From Gemmatimonadota bacterium (GTDB taxonomy: Bacteria; Gemmatimonadota; Gemmatimonadetes; Gemmatimonadales; GWC2-71-9): a stretch of 64,000 nucleotides of DNA. Made by a program: the position numbers and the translations under genes. The stretch spans positions 13,676 to 77,675 of the forward strand of contig JBDHAB010000011.1 of the NCBI GenBank assembly GCA_039588295.1, given 5' to 3'. Position 1 is the first letter of the stretch. Every line of letters begins with the position of its first letter. The notes under the pieces were generated by a model. It did no database searches and was not told the DNA's origin. It saw only the letters and a program-made list of their open reading frames with translations. Shown here one piece after another: positions 9,080 to 18,938 of the stretch.

Positions 9080-10409
9080 GCCCCAGCCAACCAGCTCTGC
9101 CGCTGGGACCCTCTACGTAGAGGAATTCTCCGAAGGCGCCCAGCACACCGACTTCCACCCCGGCCGCGACACTGTCGACGGTTACCGCCGTGGAAGCCGG
9201 CTCGGTCAGGAGCTTGGCTCCCGTCGCCACGATCTCACTGCGGACCGGGGAGCCTACAGGCTCCGTGAGCGTCGTTGCCACGAACCCGATCGTGCCGTCG
9301 GGCAGGGCGACCCGAAACCACTCACCGGTTCCCGCGTCCACCCGCACGGGGGTGTGGAGCGGCAACTCTGCGAGAACATCAGCACTGGTGGACGGCAGCG
9401 TGTGAACGCGAGCCCGGTCGAGGCTCACGCGAACCAGGCGACCGATGAGCCCCGCATCACCGGTGAAGTCTTCGGTCCGCGTCGGGGGCTCATACAGCGC
9501 CGGATACGGATCGAACGACCCCCGCGCGTAGATGCCGAAGTGCAGGTGCGGCCGGGTGGTGCGCGCGTTGCCCGAGTTGCCGACGAATCCGAGGGTGTCA
9601 CCAACGCGGATCCGGTCACCGCGGCGAACGATGTGGTGGTCGAGGTGGGCGTAGTAATGCGAGCGGTTGAGCTGGTCGCGGAGCCAGACCACGTTGCCAC
9701 CAAGGTTGTTCGGCCGGGTGCTCCGCACGACACCGTCCGCTGCAGCGACGACGGGGGTCCCTCTGGGAGCAAAGATGTCGAGTCCCTCGTGACGTCGACG
9801 CCCTCCGTCACGGGCCGCACCGTACCAGCTTCGGATCGCCGTGGTGTCGTGGCCGGAAACCGGAAACTGAAGGGATGGACGGACCACGATGCTGATAGCG
9901 TATCGCCCACCGCGGAGCAGCTCCGGCTGGATGCGAATCAGGTAGTTCCCATCACGCCGCGCGACGTGGTCCAGCCTGCGCTCGAGACTGTCGGCACTCG
10001 CCAGACGTCTCGGTGGGGCGGCCGACCCTCTGGGAATCATGAAGAGATCGAGAAAGACCCGGTAACTGCCGTCGGGTTCGCTTTCGAACATCACCTCGAC
10101 GCGCTGGCCTCGTCGCAGCGACACCCGGTACCCCGATGCCATCGCCCGCCTTGGATCGAGATAACTCTCTTCGCGGTACGGAGCCGATACGGCGAGGGAA
10201 CTGTCCAGGGCATCGCTCGCCGCCGCGAACCATTCCCGGCCCAGGGCGGTCTGGTCGAGTCCAACATCCTGCAACCGCTGCTCGTACCGCTCGTGCGGGG
10301 TGGAGGTGTCGAACAGCTCCCGCAGCGACTCCCCGCTGCAACCGCACACTCCGAGCAGCAGTGACAAGCTGCCAAGCGGGACCCAGTTCCTCGCGACGTA
10401 ACGCTGCAT
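9072..10409 (-). CDS. M23 family peptidoglycan endopeptidase lipoprotein with C-terminal SH3-like domains
   Basis: HEGLDIF (HxxxD), YYAHL, VGNSGNA, PHLHF (HxH); lipobox-like GVCGC. Confidence 0.9.
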   Translation of the reverse strand: MQRYVARNWVPLGSLSLLLGVCGCSGESLRELFDTSTPHERYEQRLQDVGLDQTALGREWFAAASDALDSSLAVSAPYREESYLDPRRAMASGYRVSLRRGQRVEVMFESEPDGSYRVFLDLFMIPRGSAAPPRRLASADSLERRLDHVARRDGNYLIRIQPELLRGGRYAISIVVRPSLQFPVSGHDTTAIRSWYGAARDGGRRRHEGLDIFAPRGTPVVAAADGVVRSTRPNNLGGNVVWLRDQLNRSHYYAHLDHHIVRRGDRIRVGDTLGFVGNSGNARTTRPHLHFGIYARGSFDPYPALYEPPTRTEDFTGDAGLIGRLVRVSLDRARVHTLPSTSADVLAELPLHTPVRVDAGTGEWFRVALPDGTIGFVATTLTEPVGSPVRSEIVATGAKLLTEPASTAVTVDSVAAGVEVGVLGAFGEFLYVEGPSGRAGWLGLN

Positions 10410-10735
10410 GTCCCTCAAGTATCGTGATCCAGAGCCTTTTGTTCCCGTGCTCCATACCGGCCTGAGCTATAAGCAGTCATCATCTCTACATGACGTACCC
10501 GGCTACGAGACGTTTCATCGGCCGTGCCAAGCGTATGGATCAGGCGAAACGTGCGCGAAGGGACGAGGACGGCTCCATAGAACAGCAATTTTCGAGCCGC
10601 AACCCCGAAGAGCTCGCTCGCAAACAAAGACGTTGCACACTGGCGGCCAGACGGCATTTTGGCAGGAACCGCGTTCCACCGGAGGTAGGGGAAATCGGTG
10701 GATCAGACTGGGAGCAACTCCCGCGGAGGTGACCG

Positions 10736-11305
10736 ATGATACGTGCGATTGCGGTTGCTGGCTTCTCCCTGCTCGTGTGGAGCAGTTCAGCCATCGGGCA
10801 GGACAGACATGTTCATGACGGTTTCTGGATTGGCTTTGGCCTGGGAATCGGCATGAACGTCACCGAGGAGCTGGACAACGATCGGCTCATCGGCGGTGCC
10901 GGCTACCTCCGGCTCGGCGGCACACCGAGCCAGCGGGTACTGCTGGGGGGCGAAGCCGTGGGATGGGCGAGGGGCCAAAGTAACGAGGTCGTCTCCCGCG
11001 GGAACGGAATGTTCGTCGCCATGTTCTTTCCCAGTGAGAACGGCGGCTTCTTCCTCAAAGGCGGCATCGGCGGCGCGTGGGTGTCACGGGTCGTCGTGTC
11101 GGGCACGACGACCGTCGAAGTCCGGGCCAATGGGGGACTGGGAACCACGGCCGGGGTAGGGTACGATGTGCGTCTCGCACGCAACCTGTATCTGACACCC
11201 AACGTCGACTGGATTCTCCAAGTGTTCGACCAAGATCCGCTCTTCGGAAGCGCCGCCAGTACGAACTCGATCGTCATCTTCACGCTCGGCCTGACGTGGC
11301 ATTGA
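10736..11305 (+). CDS. Small outer-membrane beta-barrel protein
   Basis: Signal peptide, alternating Gly/aromatic beta-strands, C-terminal FTLGLTWH; GGAGG RBS. Confidence 0.7.
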   Translation: MIRAIAVAGFSLLVWSSSAIGQDRHVHDGFWIGFGLGIGMNVTEELDNDRLIGGAGYLRLGGTPSQRVLLGGEAVGWARGQSNEVVSRGNGMFVAMFFPSENGGFFLKGGIGGAWVSRVVVSGTTTVEVRANGGLGTTAGVGYDVRLARNLYLTPNVDWILQVFDQDPLFGSAASTNSIVIFTLGLTWH

Positions 11306-11390
11306 GGTAGGTGGTAGGTAACAGGTGGTAGGTGATCGGACGAGGGAGTTGTCCACCTTATCACCTACCACCCAGCACCTAACACTTACT
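11306..11390. repeat. Inverted array of 7-bp tandem repeats (GGTAGGT-like x4, ACCTACC-like x4)
   Basis: GGTAGGT GGTAGGT AACAGGT GGTAGGT at 11306-11333 and ACCTACC ACCCAGC ACCTAAC ACTTACT at 11363-11390. Confidence 0.75.
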
Positions 11391-11566
11391 TCGGACCCCC
11401 CAACCTTCCGTTTCACAATCGACCTCCAAGAAATTCGGGACAGACGCTGAGGTGCGTGAAACGGCAGCTCCCGCCCAAACGTAGTGTAAGTAGATCTGTC
11501 TCGGGTGGTTCTACGCACGGGCCATACCCGGACGATGGGACGGACGATCCGAGAGTGGAGGGCTGT

Positions 11567-12607
11567 ATGACTCTCTACAAGCTCTTCCCAGAGGTCCGAC
11601 GCGACTCGACACGGACGCCCGTGCCGCGTGGCGCGCGCCCATCCCCAGGAGCTGGCACTCGCAGCAGCGTGTTTGACTACTGTGCTGAGGAGGTCGAGCA
11701 GATTCGCTCGCAACTCGCAGCACAGACCATTCCGCTCACCTGTCCCGCCTGTCACGCCACGCTCCTGGTCGACGGACGCCTGGAGCTCGAGCAAGACCCG
11801 TTGGTGGTTTGGGTGGTCGCCTGCAGCAGGTGCAAACGCAACCTTGTGCTCCGCGAGGGGCCGCACGAGCCAGTCAGGGTCGCGGTGCTCGGGCGACTGG
11901 TGGAGTCGGACCGCCGCGGCCGCCGAGACGTGCGCGGGGCGGCCGGTGGACTGTTCTTTTCGACGGTGCTCCAAACGGCGGTCATCGGCGCGGCGGTGAT
12001 GGCGACCGTGGGGGTCGCGGCGAGAGACGCACCGGTGGCGGTCGACACCGTCATGCTGGCGCTGGACGACCCAACGCAACAGGCCGAGGCGGAACCCGAG
12101 CCGCAGGACGCACCGCCGATCGTCACCACCCTCTCGGCACCCAAGGGCTTCCAGGTCCTCGAAGCGCCGATCGACATCCCGACCACCATCCCACCGGTGG
12201 ATCTCACCCAACGCTTCGATCCCCGAGACTATTCCGGTCGTGGGACCGAGGGCGGGGTGTTCGCGGGCGTGGAGGGCGGTACTCCGACGGTTGACCTGGA
12301 TCAGGTCTTCGACGCCGTCGCGGTAGAAGAACTACCGGAACAGATCTACGCGCCGCCGCCAACCTACCCGAGCGCGCTCCGCAGGGCGAACATCGAAGGG
12401 TACGTCGAGGTCGAGTACGTGGTTCGTGCAGACGGAACGGTCGACCCCGCGACCGTCACCATCGTCGAGTCCAGTCATCGCCAGTTCGAACAGCCGGCGG
12501 TCAACGCGGTCAAACAAGCGCGCTTTCGGCCGGGGCGGATGCGCGGCAAGCCGGTGAGCGTGCTCATCCGGCAGCGGTTCAACTTCTCCATGGCTGTCGG
12601 CGGATGA
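11567..12607 (+). CDS. TonB family protein with an N-terminal Zn-ribbon-like extension
   Basis: CPAC and CSRC pairs, TM segment, Pro-rich linker, TonB C-terminal domain (YPSALRRANIEGYV..F..ARFRPG). Confidence 0.8.
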   Translation: MTLYKLFPEVRRDSTRTPVPRGARPSPGAGTRSSVFDYCAEEVEQIRSQLAAQTIPLTCPACHATLLVDGRLELEQDPLVVWVVACSRCKRNLVLREGPHEPVRVAVLGRLVESDRRGRRDVRGAAGGLFFSTVLQTAVIGAAVMATVGVAARDAPVAVDTVMLALDDPTQQAEAEPEPQDAPPIVTTLSAPKGFQVLEAPIDIPTTIPPVDLTQRFDPRDYSGRGTEGGVFAGVEGGTPTVDLDQVFDAVAVEELPEQIYAPPPTYPSALRRANIEGYVEVEYVVRADGTVDPATVTIVESSHRQFEQPAVNAVKQARFRPGRMRGKPVSVLIRQRFNFSMAVGG

Positions 12608-12772
12608 CCCTCCACCATTCGTAGCGCAGGCCCGTCGGTCGAACGAGGAGTCCACTCCTCACCCCCCAGTGACCCAGGCCGCCCCCAGCCCAGCCAGTTG
12701 CGATCCGTTTCTTGACCGATCGTTGAAGAATAGGTAGATTCGCTGCCCATTATCCCAGCGAGGGGCTTTGCC

Positions 12773-13345
12773 ATGCCGGCCATTCCATATCTCGAGCGTG
12801 AAGACGCGAGCCCGGGAGCCATCGAGCTGTACGACAAGGGCGAGGAGCGGTTCCAGATGCTGCTCAACATCTTCAAGGTGTGGGGCCACGCGCCGGAGCT
12901 CATGAACCCATTCATGGACTTCATCCTGCAGATCCTGCGCGACGGCCGAGTGGACTGGAAGACCAAGGAGCTGCTGATCCTGAAATCGACCCGGCTCAAC
13001 GAATGCCACTATTGCGTCGTCCAGCATGAGACGCTGGCCGACCGTCTGGGGATTCCGCAGGGCAAGATCGCAGACCTGTACGGCGAGCGGTACCGCACCA
13101 GCGAGCACTTCACGGAGGGGGAGCGGGCCATCCTCGATCTGACCGTGCAAATCTGGAAGGACGCCAACGCGGTGAGTCCCGACCTGTGGAGCCGCGTGCG
13201 CGAGCACTACGACTCCGGCCAGATCATGGAGATCGTCGCCACCATCACGGCGTACATCATGGTCAGCAAGCTGGGAGACGCCCTCGGCGTGCAACTGGAG
13301 CCGGTCTTCTCGGACATCGATCCCATTCTCTTCCGTCACGGGTGA
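12773..13345 (+). CDS. Carboxymuconolactone decarboxylase / AhpD-like protein
   Basis: KELLIL..NECHYCVVQH motif and FTEGERAIL. Confidence 0.85.
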   Translation: MPAIPYLEREDASPGAIELYDKGEERFQMLLNIFKVWGHAPELMNPFMDFILQILRDGRVDWKTKELLILKSTRLNECHYCVVQHETLADRLGIPQGKIADLYGERYRTSEHFTEGERAILDLTVQIWKDANAVSPDLWSRVREHYDSGQIMEIVATITAYIMVSKLGDALGVQLEPVFSDIDPILFRHG

Positions 13346-13366
13346 GCGCGACCGTCGACGGTCGAT

Positions 13367-13948
13367 ATGGCGAGGACACTGGAGTTCGACAAGGACCAGG
13401 CGCTGGACCGGGCCATGCACATCTTCTGGCGCCGCGGGTACGATGGCACCTCGGTTGACTATCTCGAGCGCCGATTGGGGATCAATCGCGGCAGCCTGTA
13501 CAACACGTTCGGTGGCAAGCGTCAGCTGTATCTCGCCGCACTGGACCGCTACATGGACGGCTTCGTCGCCGATCGGATGGCGACCCTCGACCGGCCGGGT
13601 TCCAAGATCGCGGCGATTCGCGCCGTGTTCGAGGACGTCGCCGCGTTTTCAGTTGGCAAGGGCCGTGGCATCGGCTGCTTTCTCACCAACTCCGCGGTGG
13701 AGCTGGCACCCGCCGATCGGGCCATGGTTCGCAAAATCGAACACGATTTCGCGACCATGGAGGACCGGTTTCATCACGTCCTGATCGCGGCTCAGCAACG
13801 CGGTGAAATCAACCGCTCGAGAGACCCACACGCCCTTGCGCGCTTCCTTATGAACAGCCTTCATGGTCTGCGGGTGATGTCCAAGGTGAGCCCTGACCCC
13901 GCCGGCTTGCGGCAAATCGTGGACGTGACGGTGGCCGCTCTTCAGTAA
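13367..13948 (+). CDS. TetR family transcriptional regulator
   Basis: FWRRGYDGTS..GINRGSLYNTFGGK helix-turn-helix; GCFLTN C-terminal motif. Confidence 0.92.
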   Translation: MARTLEFDKDQALDRAMHIFWRRGYDGTSVDYLERRLGINRGSLYNTFGGKRQLYLAALDRYMDGFVADRMATLDRPGSKIAAIRAVFEDVAAFSVGKGRGIGCFLTNSAVELAPADRAMVRKIEHDFATMEDRFHHVLIAAQQRGEINRSRDPHALARFLMNSLHGLRVMSKVSPDPAGLRQIVDVTVAALQ

Positions 13949-13957
13949 CGGCGGTGT

Positions 13958-15589
13958 TCACACGATCTGCACCTGGCGGTCTTCGATGTCACCCCTTCTG
14001 CGGGGGGCCGGCTGGTGGAGCTCCCACCATTCGCGCGCGCGCTCGGGTGTCCACGGCACCGTGGTTTCACACGCAGCTAGCAGCCCGTAGAGCGCATCAG
14101 CGTTCTGGGGTCGCCGACTGGGATCCTTTTCCAGACAAGCCAGGATCACATCCTCCAGCGTGCTAGGTATGGTGAGTTCCGTACGCTGTGACGGACGTAC
14201 CGGCCTGGACTGCAGATGGTGGGACATCATTTCCATCGGGGTCTTGCTGCGGAACACGAGCTGTCCCGTCACCAGCCAATAGGCCACGCAGCCAACCGCG
14301 TAGATGTCTGTGCGCGCGTCGACCGCCTCGCCGCACGCCTGCTCCGGCGCCATGTACGCCGGAGTCCCTTCGGTAACGTGATCGGCAGTGAGCCGGACGT
14401 CCTTCGATCCCGACTGCTGCCGCGGTTTGACGAGTCCGAAGTCGAGCACCTTCACGAAGTCGACATGACGGCCTTGGCAGCAGAGATAGACATTCGCCGG
14501 CTTGATGTCGCGGTGGATGAGGTCATGCTCGTGAGCTTCCACGAGTGAATCGCACATCTGCCGCAACAGATACACGGCTCGCTCCGGAGGCACGGGGCCG
14601 AAGCGCTCCACGAGCGTCTCGAAATCGAAGCCGTTGAGGAGTTCCATCACATAGTAGAAGGTGCCGTCGGCCGTGACCCCGAAGTCGTAGACATCGATCG
14701 TGTGCGGAGAGGCCATGAGCGCCGTCGCCTGCGCCTCGCGCTCGAAGCGCTGCTGCAGCGTGAGCACGCTCTTCGGGTCGTCGCCGCCCAACTTGTCTTG
14801 CCGGATGAGCTTGATCGCCGCCGGCCGAGCCAGCATGCGGTGCTTCGCCCGCCACACCTCACCCATGCCACCACCACCGAGGCGTTCCGTGAGCCGATAG
14901 CTCCCCATCTCGCGGGCTCGCGTCACCGCGGTTCCGAGCTTGAATACGACGCGCGCCCCAATGTACGCCGTAACCACGATGAGGAAATACGGTACGAGGA
15001 ACATGGTGACGAACCGGCTCGGCGTCACCTCGATGGACGTCCCTCCAAACTCGGTGCTGAGGAGGAAGGTGATCGGAACCGCGCTGCCAGCCAAGATCGC
15101 GGCCAGCAACGCGAGCCGTGGCTTGTTCGGCGCGACGATCGTGAAGAACATGATCCACGGCGCCACAAAGGACAGTCCGAAGATCTCCAGGTGCTCGGGC
15201 TGGTGTTCGAGTCCCTGGTAGACCCCCCAGTACGTGCTGGCAGCAATACCGTACGCCCCGATGACCTCGAACACGAGCCCGATGTTCATGAGCGTTGGCG
15301 GAGCGATGCGCCGGCTGTGGGCCAGGGCGGCCACGACCAGTGCTACGGTGATCGATATCGCGCCAGGTCCCCAGCCGTAGAATTGGGTGTACTGAGCCCT
15401 TTGAGCGGGATCAAACGCTATCGCCGTGAGGTCGCCCACCAGAAATCCAGCGGCAAAGATGAGCGCGATCACACGGAGTCGCCGCGCGGAATCGCGCAGC
15501 AGGTCTTCAGGGAGTCCCAGCGTCCGGCTGCGCCAACTGGAGGTGGACGGGCGCTCCAGACGCGTGACCAACGACGGTTCGCTTTGCAT
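13958..15589 (-). CDS. Ser/Thr protein kinase with an N-terminal multi-TM sensor domain
   Basis: About six hydrophobic helices, then GGGGMGEV, AAIK, HRDIKPAN, DFG, GTPAYMAPE. Confidence 0.92.
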   Translation of the reverse strand: MQSEPSLVTRLERPSTSSWRSRTLGLPEDLLRDSARRLRVIALIFAAGFLVGDLTAIAFDPAQRAQYTQFYGWGPGAISITVALVVAALAHSRRIAPPTLMNIGLVFEVIGAYGIAASTYWGVYQGLEHQPEHLEIFGLSFVAPWIMFFTIVAPNKPRLALLAAILAGSAVPITFLLSTEFGGTSIEVTPSRFVTMFLVPYFLIVVTAYIGARVVFKLGTAVTRAREMGSYRLTERLGGGGMGEVWRAKHRMLARPAAIKLIRQDKLGGDDPKSVLTLQQRFEREAQATALMASPHTIDVYDFGVTADGTFYYVMELLNGFDFETLVERFGPVPPERAVYLLRQMCDSLVEAHEHDLIHRDIKPANVYLCCQGRHVDFVKVLDFGLVKPRQQSGSKDVRLTADHVTEGTPAYMAPEQACGEAVDARTDIYAVGCVAYWLVTGQLVFRSKTPMEMMSHHLQSRPVRPSQRTELTIPSTLEDVILACLEKDPSRRPQNADALYGLLAACETTVPWTPERAREWWELHQPAPRRRGDIEDRQVQIV

Positions 15590-15628
15590 CGCTCTCCTAC
15601 CGCTCAGCATTGCGCTGTGGCGAATACC

Positions 15629-16882
15629 TCAACCCCGAGGACGCACCGGCTGCGTCCATGCCACCTCCGTCTCACCCGCGCGATAGGGGTTCACCTTCGG
15701 TCGCGACGACGCAACTTTGGCACGCACGTAGAGTTCATCGCCTGCGAACTCATAGGTCGCCGACGTGCCCTCGACCTCCGCCAGTACTTCACCGATCGCG
15801 TCACTGTAGCGGTATCGAACGGATGCCCTGCGGCCCGGCTCGGCGATCCGCTCTGCCGGAGGATAGCCCCTTCGGGTTCCGATGAATTGGATCGTGTAGG
15901 TCACACCCTCCTCAGCATCGACTACGAGGGAGACATCCTCCTCATTCACCGTGACCTCGTCCAACTCCACGCCCGTCGAGCTGTAGAAATCGCCTCGTTC
16001 CAGCGCGGCAACCAGCGAATCCGCCTGCAGCGCTGACGTGCGCACCACGACCCATCCTCGTCCCGGATTGCTGTGCTCCGAATCCAACGCTCGATAATGA
16101 TGAGCGTCATCGACCGCCACCCCGTACATCAACTCTCGCCCCGCGGTCAACCGCTCCGCGAGAATGATGTCCCAGAGGCGTTCGGCGCTCGGGTGCAGCG
16201 CATCTCCTTCGTTACGCACCGCCGGATGACCGTTGTATACCTCGAAGAACTTCTCCCGCTCTAACCAGATGAGATCCTCTGCCGTCATCGCCCACCCGTA
16301 GTTCGGGTGGTTGATGTGCGGGAACATCGCCTGCCCCAATCGTTGACGCTGTTCCAGCACCGCGTCCACATTGTTCTGCATGACCTCCAGAACACTGCCC
16401 CCACCCAGCGGCTCGATCAGTTCTGCGAGATTCGTGGCGTTGACATGGATCGGCTTTGACTCAAACCGATCGCTGATTTCCTCACTCTGTAGCACGAGGA
16501 ACTGACTCGGTTCTTCGAAGAGGACGCGATACTCGCTCAAGGTCTTGAGGCGCACCGATCGACGACCCTGCTCTTCCCTTTGCTCTACCCATTCACCACC
16601 GAAGCGGACAACATAGGCTTCGAGGTTCGTCAATCCTCCCGAGCGCTCCGATACCTCCACCCACTTCTCGCCGGCCGCCAGCACATTGTGATCAGACAGC
16701 GCGATGAAGGCATAGCCGTGCCGCTTGTACCAGTCGACCACCATTTCGGGGTAGTCGTCTCCATCACTCCACAGGGAATGTGTGTGAAGATTGCCCTTCC
16801 ACCACTGGGGCGCCGCTGCGCCGTCGCACGAGATACCGACCCAAGCAACGACGGCGAGAACCGCGCGACGCCATGTGATCAA
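15629..16882 (-). CDS. PHP-domain metallohydrolase lipoprotein (CehA/McbA-like)
   Basis: KGNLHTHS, SDG, SDHN, NHP, EVYNG, DDAH; lipobox GISC. Confidence 0.8.
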   Translation of the reverse strand: MITWRRAVLAVVAWVGISCDGAAAPQWWKGNLHTHSLWSDGDDYPEMVVDWYKRHGYAFIALSDHNVLAAGEKWVEVSERSGGLTNLEAYVVRFGGEWVEQREEQGRRSVRLKTLSEYRVLFEEPSQFLVLQSEEISDRFESKPIHVNATNLAELIEPLGGGSVLEVMQNNVDAVLEQRQRLGQAMFPHINHPNYGWAMTAEDLIWLEREKFFEVYNGHPAVRNEGDALHPSAERLWDIILAERLTAGRELMYGVAVDDAHHYRALDSEHSNPGRGWVVVRTSALQADSLVAALERGDFYSSTGVELDEVTVNEEDVSLVVDAEEGVTYTIQFIGTRRGYPPAERIAEPGRRASVRYRYSDAIGEVLAEVEGTSATYEFAGDELYVRAKVASSRPKVNPYRAGETEVAWTQPVRPRG

Positions 16883-17547
16883 GGCAGCTCCGTTACATAG
16901 ATGTTCCTGAAGTACACGGGACTCCGGTCATCGTGGTTCTGCAATCCGATGTAGCCGCGTTGTGCAAAATCCTCCACCTTGCCGCGCGGCTCCGCCAGCC
17001 AATCGGTCACCTGTTTGCCGTTCAGCTCGACCGCGATGCGATTCCCCCTGAAGGTGATCCTGAACTGGTTCCATTCGCCGGGCTGGTTGGAAGCGGACTC
17101 ACTGGGCGCTTCGGCATCGTACACCCCCGCGGTGTGGTGAATGCCCTCCCCCGCATCGTAGATCTGGACTTCGAAGCTGTGATAGATGTAGTCGTTACTC
17201 GTCGGTACGTCCGGCACGCGCAGAAACACTCCGGAGTTCGTGTGCTCATCCGCACACTTGTACTCGAGTTCGAGCACGAAGTCTCCGTACGGTTTGACGG
17301 TGTACCAGAGCAGACCCATGCCACCGTGCGACGTGAGAACGCCCGTCTCCGGATCCAACTCGAAATAGCCCGGACCATAGTGGTTCCAGCCATGTTTCGA
17401 GTACCTCCCGTTGCGCGACTGCAAGATCTGCTCGCGCTCGGACTGCATACCGGCTGCCGCCAGTGCTGTATCTTGCCCCTCACTGTTGGAGTATCCCCCG
17501 ACGAGGATCACCCCAGCAACACAACTGCAGATCGTGAGCCGTCTCAT
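16879..17547 (-). CDS. DUF1080 family 3-keto-glycoside hydrolase/hydratase, secreted
   Basis: YGDFVLELEY, NSGVF, EVQI, GEWN, GYIGLQNH, FRNI. Confidence 0.88.
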   Translation of the reverse strand: MRRLTICSCVAGVILVGGYSNSEGQDTALAAAGMQSEREQILQSRNGRYSKHGWNHYGPGYFELDPETGVLTSHGGMGLLWYTVKPYGDFVLELEYKCADEHTNSGVFLRVPDVPTSNDYIYHSFEVQIYDAGEGIHHTAGVYDAEAPSESASNQPGEWNQFRITFRGNRIAVELNGKQVTDWLAEPRGKVEDFAQRGYIGLQNHDDRSPVYFRNIYVTELP

Positions 17548-17585
17548 GAGTTCTCTCCACACTTCAGGTGATCGGTGGCGGTGAT

Positions 17586-18833
17586 TCACCGGCCTGGATT
17601 CCACTCCCCCCTCGCCACGGCCGGTACGAATGACCCCAGATCGGGCGGCGGGAACGCGATGGTCCGCCCTTGCTCGGCACTCATGTAGGCGGTCATGAGC
17701 AACTCCGTCACATTAAGACCGTCGCTGAAGTTCTCTTTCGGACGCGTGCCGGCCAAAAATGACTGCACCATGTGTCGGTTCTCACCCACGTAACCATACT
17801 CCGATTCCTCGTCACTCACGACCGGCATGAGCCCCATTTCCGCATTCTGCTTCTCCACGAGATCTTCCCCCGCCTCACCCGTCACCTGCCGGCTGAAGAA
17901 GACCTTCGGGCCGGCATCGAGCGTATTCACGGCGAGGGAGTACTCCGGCCCGAGCAATTCCATGGTGTGCCGCAGGCCAGCGCCCACGTAGCACCAGGAG
18001 GTGGTCGTTTCCACGATGCGCGCATTGCCGTGGGCATCGCGATACTCCACGAGCGCCCGGGCAAAATCCTCCGACGGCCGGTTCCGGTAGTCCGTCGAGC
18101 CGCCGCTCTGTGCCGCCAGCTGGTCCGCATAGTGGGGCTGCTGCCATTTCAGGCACGACGTATGCGCAGTGACCTTGACCGGTGTCAGGACGTCCCGCGA
18201 AGCGCCCGGAGGAGTGAGCAGGAAACGGGCGACCTCGACCGAGTGGCACATCATGTCGTTGAGCACGCCGCCACCCTGGAGCGACCCCTCCCAGAACCAC
18301 GGCATATGTGGGCCGCTGTGTTCCTCCGTCGCGCGGGCCAGGAAGGGTGCGCCGGTGAGGGCCGCCCCCCGGGACCAAAGGATCGCCTTGCCCCGCACCA
18401 CTGCGGGGGCGAACAGCTGATTCTCGAGGTAGCCGTCGAGCAGTCCGGCCCGCTCGACCAGTTCGAGCATCTGTCGCGCCTCCGCCGCATTCCGTCCGAG
18501 CGGCTTCTCGCACGCCACGCCGAGCAGCTCACCCTTCCCACTCTCGACGGCGTGCACGATCTCCTCCGTCACCTCGATCCGTGTGAAGTTCGGCGAACAG
18601 ATCCAGATGGCGTCCACCGCCGGGTCCGCAACCATCTCGCTGATGGACCTGAACGGCCTCGCATCGCCCACCCCGAGGGTGCACGCGAGGGCCGCAGCCT
18701 CCTCGGCCGTCCCGCTGCGCCCGACGACGCCACGGACGTCGCCGTCCCGCACGCCGACGAACGAGCGAATGTGGAACCGGGCCACGAACCCGCCACCCAC
18801 GAACCCTACGCCCAGTCGCTTCTTGCGCGCCAT
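17586..18833 (-). CDS. Gfo/Idh/MocA family oxidoreductase
   Basis: VGFVGGGFVA Rossmann motif, CEKP, GGGVLNDMMCH. Confidence 0.9.
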   Translation of the reverse strand: MARKKRLGVGFVGGGFVARFHIRSFVGVRDGDVRGVVGRSGTAEEAAALACTLGVGDARPFRSISEMVADPAVDAIWICSPNFTRIEVTEEIVHAVESGKGELLGVACEKPLGRNAAEARQMLELVERAGLLDGYLENQLFAPAVVRGKAILWSRGAALTGAPFLARATEEHSGPHMPWFWEGSLQGGGVLNDMMCHSVEVARFLLTPPGASRDVLTPVKVTAHTSCLKWQQPHYADQLAAQSGGSTDYRNRPSEDFARALVEYRDAHGNARIVETTTSWCYVGAGLRHTMELLGPEYSLAVNTLDAGPKVFFSRQVTGEAGEDLVEKQNAEMGLMPVVSDEESEYGYVGENRHMVQSFLAGTRPKENFSDGLNVTELLMTAYMSAEQGRTIAFPPPDLGSFVPAVARGEWNPGR

Positions 18834-18938
18834 GCCCGCAGCCACCTTTCGTGCGATGGGAGTCCTGGCCTTCGTACCCACGTCCCTACGCCTCCGCCCG
18901 CGCTTCCGGCCCCTCTTCCCCCCTGAAGAGCACCAACC

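Noticed and set aside
8958..10364. 468-aa plus-strand ORF and similar long antisense ORFs (14702-16036, 20222-21658, 44132-45628)
   Set aside because: They overlap well-supported genes and show no family motifs.
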